DNA of 64,000 nt from an uncultured Candidatus Bathyarchaeia archaeon. GTDB lineage: Archaea > Thermoproteota > Bathyarchaeia > Hecatellales > Hecatellaceae. The stretch is from assembly GCA_964484995.1 (NCBI GenBank), contig CAZAHF010000002.1, positions 169-64,168 of the forward strand, read 5' to 3'. The notes under the pieces are model-generated. The model worked only from the letters and a program-made list of their open reading frames with translations. It did no database searches and was not told the DNA's origin. The position numbers were made by a program, and so were the translations under genes. Shown one piece after another: positions 58,162 to 64,000 of the stretch; positions within the stretch are counted from its first letter, which is position 1; the number at the start of each line of letters is the position of its first letter.

Positions 58162-58243
58162 GCAAACCAGCCCATAAAATACTTGTTAAGCTTAGTGAAA
58201 ATTTTAGATGTTTCAAAAAATTAGTGTTTTGGTTAGCATAAGC

Positions 58244-58666
58244 CTAAAGATACTGTGAAATTTTTGGAAGATTTTCCTTAACTTTTTTTGCAGCATAAAT
58301 AAGAACATTTGCATAAAGAATAACAAAATCTGAAACATCCTCAGCTGGAATTTTCCACTCTAAAGACTTTTTTGAGAATAAGACTAGAAGCCTATCCTCA
58401 AATTCAGGTTCACCACGTTGAAGTAAATAGTAAATCTCAAAATTTTGGAAAGGTTTAACGGTAACAACCCAGTCTGTTGACTCGTCAAGCTTAAAATCAA
58501 CAATCTCTCCACCAACAAGCTTAACAACTTTTTCCATATCCTCTTTAGTTAAATGTTTTAGGATTTCTGTTCTAGATTTTAAAGACTCAGTAACAAACTT
58601 TTTATGGACAGAGCCACCCTCAAAAGCTTCTAAACCAACAAGACTTGAACCATTAATTTTACGCAT
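58244..58666 (-). CDS. hypothetical protein
   Basis: 140-aa ORF, no recognised motif. Confidence 0.35.
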   Translation of the reverse strand: MRKINGSSLVGLEAFEGGSVHKKFVTESLKSRTEILKHLTKEDMEKVVKLVGGEIVDFKLDESTDWVVTVKPFQNFEIYYLLQRGEPEFEDRLLVLFSKKSLEWKIPAEDVSDFVILYANVLIYAAKKVKENLPKISQYL

Positions 58667-58768
58667 AGGTAAATGATGCTAAACCTAAAATTTAAAACTT
58701 TTTAATTTTTTAGCTTAAAGTCTTCAATGCTTAAATAGAAAGCTAAACCTAACTATTTTGAGAAAGAG

Positions 58769-58981
58769 TTGAAGGTTGAGTACTGTCCTGAATGCGGTGG
58801 AGAAATGGTTTATGACTTAAACCTAAAGGTTTACACATGTAAAAGTTGCGGTTTAACTCTCCGCTACCATGAAATAGTTGAACTTAGGAGAAGAAACCTG
58901 CCAGAATTTGATAGTGATGAGAAAAGAAAACGTGAAAAAAGAGAATATTTGAAGTGGTGGCTTTCAAAAAAAGAAAAATAG
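58769..58981 (+). CDS. small zinc-ribbon protein with basic C-terminal tail
   Basis: CPECGG...(15)...CKSCG followed by a Lys/Arg-rich tail. Confidence 0.45.
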   Translation: MKVEYCPECGGEMVYDLNLKVYTCKSCGLTLRYHEIVELRRRNLPEFDSDEKRKREKREYLKWWLSKKEK

Positions 58982-59026
58982 AAACCGTACAGGATAACCC
59001 AAATCTGTTATGGCTGGTGTTAACCT

Positions 59027-59797
59027 ATGGTTAGCTATGGAATTTTTATTATTGGAACAGCAGGATCAGGAAAATCTTTGCTTACAGCCTCTTTAGCTGA
59101 GTGGCTTTCAAAAAAAGGTGAAAATGTTATAGCTTTAAACCTAGACCCTGGAGTTGTTTGGCTACCTTACAATCCGGATGTTGATGTTAGAGACTATATT
59201 TCTATAAATGAGCTTATGGAGAGCTATGAGCTTGGACCTAACGGGGCTCTACTTTTAGCTTCAGACCTTATTGTAGATAAGATTTCAGAGTTAAACAGAG
59301 AGATTGAAGAGTTAAATCCAACCTATGTTCTTGTTGACACACCAGGTCAAATGGAGCTTTTTGCGTTTAGGGTTAGTGGGCCGCTTATAGCAAAAGAATT
59401 AGCTATGGAGCAAAAAATGGTTTTATATCTTTTTGATGCTCCTTTTTGTGCAAACCCGTTTAACTATGTTTCAAACATATTTCTTTCAGCAGCTGTTTTT
59501 CTCAGGTTTATGTTACCTCAACTAAATGTTTTAAATAAAGCAGACTTGGTTCCAGAAAAAACTGTTAAAGAAATTCTTGAGTGGTCAAGTACACCTAACG
59601 CGCTCAAGTCGGTTTTTGACCGTTATCCCGCCGGAGGAGACATGTATCTTTTAACTAAAGACCTTTTTAATGCTCTTACAAGACTAAGACTTGATTTTTC
59701 TCTTATAGCATGTTCAGCAAAAAATTATGGAAACTTTATTAATCTACATGCTTCAATTCAAAGAGTTTTAACTAGGGGTGAAGAGGAAACAGTCTAA
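59027..59797 (+). CDS. GPN-loop GTPase (XAB1/Npa3-like)
   Basis: P-loop GTAGSGKS, the eponymous GPNG motif (YELGPNGALL), DTPGQ switch. Confidence 0.85.
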   Translation: MVSYGIFIIGTAGSGKSLLTASLAEWLSKKGENVIALNLDPGVVWLPYNPDVDVRDYISINELMESYELGPNGALLLASDLIVDKISELNREIEELNPTYVLVDTPGQMELFAFRVSGPLIAKELAMEQKMVLYLFDAPFCANPFNYVSNIFLSAAVFLRFMLPQLNVLNKADLVPEKTVKEILEWSSTPNALKSVFDRYPAGGDMYLLTKDLFNALTRLRLDFSLIACSAKNYGNFINLHASIQRVLTRGEEETV

Positions 59798-60786
59798 AAA
59801 ATCATGTTTTTTATTCCATATGAGTAGACAGCTTCTTTAAGTAAAAGTTTTGGGGATTTAAATGCTTGAGGTAGAAGTGAAGGTTCACGAAAACAGTTTA
59901 TATAGCAGTCGTTACATTTTACGTTTTTTAAGAATTTTGGTTTATCTCTAAGTATGTTAAAAAGTTTTTCTCTTAGAAAGCATGGATAGACATCACCAAA
60001 CCAGTCAATATAAACAACGTTTTCACCACCTTTACAGTAAAAGTTTGGTTTTTCACCATTCAAACCTAGAAGATCCTCAAGATATGTTCCTGCATTCATT
60101 ATTTTGTAGCCTAACCTTTTCATCAAAAAAATCTTTTTAACACATTCCCTAAGTTTTTTGTTAAGTTTGTCCTCATAAAAGTCTCCGTAAAGTTTAAAGG
60201 TGTTTATTTCTGCTTGAGTTGGATAACAAAAACCGATTGGAACTTTAAGCTTAAAGTTTACATACTCAATAATTTTTTCAACACCATCTAGGACAAGGTA
60301 TGGGTTAAGGTAGACTAACGCATAAATTTTTAAACCTATGTTTCTAGCGTAAAGAATAGCTTCTTCTTGCTTCTCCTTTATACCTTTAACACCACGGATT
60401 TTTTCACAAATTTTAGGGTCCCAGTGGTCTATGGATATGCTTAAAAGTTTTAAGCCAGCTTCTTTTAAGGCTTTTAACATGTCTTTTGGTAAGGTTCCGT
60501 TTGTTGTTAGAGATGTTGCAAGATTTAACTTGTCAGCAAACCTAACAATTTCAACTATGTTTGGGTGGAGAGAAGGTTCCCCACCGGTAAAATAAACAAT
60601 AAAAAACTTGTTTTTGGCAAGCACTCTTAAAACCTTTTTTACATCTTCAAAAGACATGTAGTTTGGAGGATTTTTATGCATACCGCACATTACACATTTA
60701 CAGTTACATTGGGTTGTTAAAGCAAAAACAGCAGTATTATGGCTGTTCTGAAAAACCTTTAAAATTAGGCTTTTTAAGCTAACCAT
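59794..60786 (-). CDS. radical SAM protein with C-terminal SPASM/twitch-like Cys motifs
   Basis: CNCKCVMC cluster motif near the N-terminus; C-terminal CKGG...YPC and CNDCYINC Cys clusters; 330 aa. Confidence 0.75.
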   Translation of the reverse strand: MVSLKSLILKVFQNSHNTAVFALTTQCNCKCVMCGMHKNPPNYMSFEDVKKVLRVLAKNKFFIVYFTGGEPSLHPNIVEIVRFADKLNLATSLTTNGTLPKDMLKALKEAGLKLLSISIDHWDPKICEKIRGVKGIKEKQEEAILYARNIGLKIYALVYLNPYLVLDGVEKIIEYVNFKLKVPIGFCYPTQAEINTFKLYGDFYEDKLNKKLRECVKKIFLMKRLGYKIMNAGTYLEDLLGLNGEKPNFYCKGGENVVYIDWFGDVYPCFLREKLFNILRDKPKFLKNVKCNDCYINCFREPSLLPQAFKSPKLLLKEAVYSYGIKNMIF

Positions 60787-60880
60787 GAAGAATCATCTAT
60801 CAACCAAACTTTTATTTAAGCCTTAAAAGAATTTCATTAAGACAAAAATAAAAGTTTGTTGGAAAGAGTAAGCTAGGATA

Positions 60881-61768
60881 ATGGTTACAATGAGTGAAGA
60901 GGAAAAACTAAGAAGCCAAATTTTAGCTTTAGAGGATGAGATTTTTAAGTTTAGGAAGGAAAAAGATTCTTTGTTTAGTGAAGTAGAAAAGCTGCTTGAG
61001 GAAAAACGTAAAATTCAACAACAAATTTTTGACTGTAGAAAAAAGATTGAGAGTTATAAAGCCCAAAGAGATAAAGTAAACCAGGAAATTAAAGAGTTAA
61101 AGGATAGTGTTAAAACTTTAAGAAACAGGATTTTTGAAAAAATTGAGAAGTGCAAGAAGTTAAGAAGCGAAATCGTTAGTCTTAGAAGACAGGTTTTAAC
61201 AGGTAAAAATACAGCAAAAGAAATGTTTGAGAATTTAGAGTGGAAAATTCAAACCACATCCTTAACCCCTATTGAAGAAAAAGCCCTAGTGGATAAGGTT
61301 AAATTTTTAGAAAAAGAGCTTCAAATACATCAGCAAATTGAGGTTAAAGAGGAAGAGTTTAGAAAAGAAAGCGGAGAAATTGAATCATTAAAGAAGCAGG
61401 TGGACTCTTTAAAAGATAAAATTTCGGGTTTAGTTGAGGAAAGTCGTAAAGCACATGAAAAAATGGTTGAGTTCCTAAAAAGAAAAGGCGAGTTAAAAGA
61501 GAAAGCAGGTATTCTTCAGCAGAAGCTTTCTGAGTTAAAGACTGTGGATAGCGATTTACATAGAAAGATTGTTGAAGCTTCTGTTAAAAAAAGAAGGTTG
61601 GAGGAAAAGCTAAGAGAAATTGTGGAGGAAGCTAGAATTAGAAAAGCTATAGAAGTAAGCGAAAAAATTGTTGAGGATGCTGAAAAAAAGCTAGGTAAGG
61701 GTGATAAGCTTACTTTTGAAGAGTTTAGGCTTTTGATGAGTAGAAGAAAATTAGAGTTTAAATCTTAA
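60881..61768 (+). CDS. long coiled-coil protein (archaeal uncharacterised coiled-coil family)
   Basis: 295 aa with heptad-rich Glu/Lys composition throughout. Confidence 0.5.
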   Translation: MVTMSEEEKLRSQILALEDEIFKFRKEKDSLFSEVEKLLEEKRKIQQQIFDCRKKIESYKAQRDKVNQEIKELKDSVKTLRNRIFEKIEKCKKLRSEIVSLRRQVLTGKNTAKEMFENLEWKIQTTSLTPIEEKALVDKVKFLEKELQIHQQIEVKEEEFRKESGEIESLKKQVDSLKDKISGLVEESRKAHEKMVEFLKRKGELKEKAGILQQKLSELKTVDSDLHRKIVEASVKKRRLEEKLREIVEEARIRKAIEVSEKIVEDAEKKLGKGDKLTFEEFRLLMSRRKLEFKS

Positions 61769-62385
61769 CTGGTTAACAAATGTTTTTTAAAGAATTTGCA
61801 TAAAGAATCTAAAACTTTTTCCATGGTTTCTTCCCTCATATAAAAGTGGTCTGTTTCAAGAATTAAACAGTCTTTTGGTTCTTTAGCTTGACTATAAAGC
61901 CTTTTAAAGGTTTTATATGAGGCAATTTCATCAAACTCACCATGAATAAAAAGTTTTGGACATTCTATGTTTAAACATACTTCAAGCCCATCAACTTTTT
62001 CAAGAATAGACATAAAAACAACACTATCAACTTTTGTTTGGGCAGCCACGTTAGATGCAACCACAGCCCCAAAAGAGTAGCCAAATAAACCTAGGCTTTT
62101 AACAGTCTTCCTTACATAGTTAACAACATCTAAAATATCTTTAACTTCCCCTAAACCTCCACTATAATGTCCGTAATCTACGCATAAGGCGGTTATACCG
62201 TTTTTAGCAAGCTTTTCAGCTACTCTTACAAGCCTAAAATCGTTTCTTGAACCACCATAAAGTGGATGGGGTGGACATAAAACTACTTTTACCTTAGAAT
62301 CCTCATCACCATAAAGAGTCCCATAAAGTCTTTCTCTAGAACAGTCAAAACTAACCAAAACTTTTTTAACCAATTTCTTTTTCAC
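61765..62385 (-). CDS. alpha/beta hydrolase fold protein (dienelactone hydrolase/esterase-like)
   Basis: GYSFGA nucleophile-elbow motif, 206 aa. Confidence 0.65.
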   Translation of the reverse strand: MKKKLVKKVLVSFDCSRERLYGTLYGDEDSKVKVVLCPPHPLYGGSRNDFRLVRVAEKLAKNGITALCVDYGHYSGGLGEVKDILDVVNYVRKTVKSLGLFGYSFGAVVASNVAAQTKVDSVVFMSILEKVDGLEVCLNIECPKLFIHGEFDEIASYKTFKRLYSQAKEPKDCLILETDHFYMREETMEKVLDSLCKFFKKHLLTS

Positions 62386-63076
62386 CTAAGATTCTTTTTG
62401 CTACCTCAGCAAAACCTTCACCATCTTCTTTGCTTGTTACATAGTCTGCAAGATTTTTGAGGTTTTTTGGAGCATTTGCCAAGGCAAATCTTAAACCTGC
62501 AACTTTAAACATTTCAAGGTCTGTTTCACTATCACCAACAACAGCCACTTCTTCAAGCTTAAAACCCATAAGCTGAGCAGCAACCTTTAACCCTTTACCC
62601 TTATCAATGTTTTTATCAACCAAATGATAAGCAAACCCACTATCCAAAAGTTTTAGGTTTGAAAATTCTTGGATAACTTCTAAAATCTCGTTTTTGTTCA
62701 CAGTTCTTAGTATGGCTATGTCAACATACCTGTAGGGGTTTGTCCAGCTTTCTACAATCAACTCACCAAATTTTTCTTTAAGCTTTTTTAGAGCCTTTTT
62801 TGCTTCTGTATTGTCACCAAGAATTTTTAGTTTATCTTTATATTCAACAACAGCACCATCTTCAGCTATTAATGCTCCACTACAACCAAGATAACGTTGT
62901 AATGTTTTAAGGGTGCAAAGAGCATTACCTGAAACAAGAATAATAGGAAAACCTTTTTCTTCAAGAATTCTTAGATATTTAACTGCCTCTAATGAAATTT
63001 TATAATTTTTGTCTGTAAGGGTTCCATCAACATCCGTTGCTAAAACTTTAACCTTCAAAAAACCACCCAGTAACAC
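62366..63076 (-). CDS. HAD-superfamily hydrolase, Cof/archaeal phosphoglycolate phosphatase-like (subfamily IIB)
   Basis: N-terminal DVDGTLTD motif and C-terminal VVGDSETDLEMF motif. Confidence 0.75.
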   Translation of the reverse strand: MLLGGFLKVKVLATDVDGTLTDKNYKISLEAVKYLRILEEKGFPIILVSGNALCTLKTLQRYLGCSGALIAEDGAVVEYKDKLKILGDNTEAKKALKKLKEKFGELIVESWTNPYRYVDIAILRTVNKNEILEVIQEFSNLKLLDSGFAYHLVDKNIDKGKGLKVAAQLMGFKLEEVAVVGDSETDLEMFKVAGLRFALANAPKNLKNLADYVTSKEDGEGFAEVAKRILGEKEIG

Positions 63077-63137
63077 TAAAGTTTAGCTAAAAATAAGCAT
63101 TAATATGAATTTGGGTTTGGAAGGAAAAAAATGTCAA

Positions 63138-64000
63138 ATGGCTGGTCAAGGATATACTCCTGGAAGTTGCTTGGTTAAAATGCCAGATGGAAATGTTAGG
63201 TTGGCATGCGAAGTAACCCTAAAAAAAGAGGGAGCCACATGGTTTAGGCTTATAGTTTCTGCTCATCTTTCAAGACCTGAAGACTACTTTAGTATCTACC
63301 AGAGTGGCTGTAACCATAGTTGTCTTAAATGTCATTCATGGGATTTCACTCAAAACTATAAAGGTTTCTGGGTTTCAACAGACGAGGTTGCTGAGATGGC
63401 TCAAAACTATGAGTCTATAGTTACAGTTTGGGAGCCACGTGAAAGAGCAACTATGTGGCATGCAACAGACTTATGTTATCATTGCGGTTCCTGTGTAACT
63501 AGAGGTGTTAAAAGTGAGTTTTGCCCAAGAAAACTTAACCCAAAACAGGTTATTTTAAGTCCTCAGGGTTGGGGTCCTGCAAGAAATATTGTTGCTTTTA
63601 CTGGTGGAGACCTTACATGTCAACCAGAGTTTTATGCTCAAGCCGCAGAAAAAATCAAGTCTTTATGTTCAAAAATGTGGGTTTTAATTGAGACTAATGG
63701 TTATGGTTTAACCCCAAAAAACCTGGAAATTTTAGCTTCAAGTGGTGTTGACTCTTTTTGGTTGGATATTAAGGCTTATGATGAAAAAGTTTACCGTAAA
63801 CTTTGTGGTGTATCCAACAAGTGGATTCTAAAAACCCCAGAATGGATTATTGACCATGGTTTTGTGCTTGAAGTTTTAACGCTTTACATACCAAACTGGG
63901 TTGAAAAGGATCAAATCCTAAAAATTGCAAAACTTATTTACGAAGTAAACCCAAACATCCCATTCACAATTCTAGCTTTTTTCCCAGCCTACAAACTAAA
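63138..64000 (+). CDS. radical SAM protein, pyruvate formate-lyase-activating-enzyme-like (AmmeMemoRadiSam-type); 3'-partial at window end
   Basis: absent from the ORF track because no stop lies within the window; translation MAGQGYTPGSCLVKMPDGN...CNHSCLKCHSWDF carries the CxxxCxxC motif; SD GGAAGG upstream. Confidence 0.65.
   Translation, partial: MAGQGYTPGSCLVKMPDGNVRLACEVTLKKEGATWFRLIVSAHLSRPEDYFSIYQSGCNHSCLKCHSWDFTQNYKGFWVSTDEVAEMAQNYESIVTVWEPRERATMWHATDLCYHCGSCVTRGVKSEFCPRKLNPKQVILSPQGWGPARNIVAFTGGDLTCQPEFYAQAAEKIKSLCSKMWVLIETNGYGLTPKNLEILASSGVDSFWLDIKAYDEKVYRKLCGVSNKWILKTPEWIIDHGFVLEVLTLYIPNWVEKDQILKIAKLIYEVNPNIPFTILAFFPAYKL

Overview
This window reads as high-density archaeal chromosomal DNA. 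It is AT-rich (about one-third GC by eye, not computed). Archaeal markers are RNA polymerase subunit Rpo6/K, tRNA-splicing endonuclease EndA, archease, a GPN-loop GTPase, an A/V-type ATPase membrane sector, archaeal-type GlyRS and iPGM, tungsten AOR and the four-subunit POR. Many genes start on TTG or GTG behind GGAGG-like Shine-Dalgarno sequences. The content is mostly central and energy metabolism. It includes the nickel-pincer cofactor genes larB/larC and a larA homolog. A Na+-pump-type biotin decarboxylase/transcarboxylase set is present (12S carboxyltransferase, 5S carboxyltransferase, two BCCPs, a beta membrane subunit). There is a Vo-only ATPase cluster (I, C, K). HdrA(MvhD-fused), polyferredoxin, HdrBC and FwdB/FwdD-like genes form a cluster without FwdA/C or a hydrogenase in the window. 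Other genes are porGDAB, a bacterial-type GAPDH, TldD/PmbA, phosphohexomutase, three radical SAM enzymes and many small zinc-ribbon proteins. I found no CRISPR array, transposase, integrase or tRNA. The most concrete sequence-level observations are a textbook C/D box sRNA candidate at about 41011-41071, and a G6 homopolymer frameshift that would fuse two small ORFs (19609-20191). The FwdB iron-sulfur motif is encoded upstream of any canonical start codon. Several perfect palindromes or direct repeats sit in promoter regions. I see nothing that clearly constitutes a new defense or mobile system. The unusual items are noncanonical gene arrangements and unannotated small RNA and small-protein candidates.
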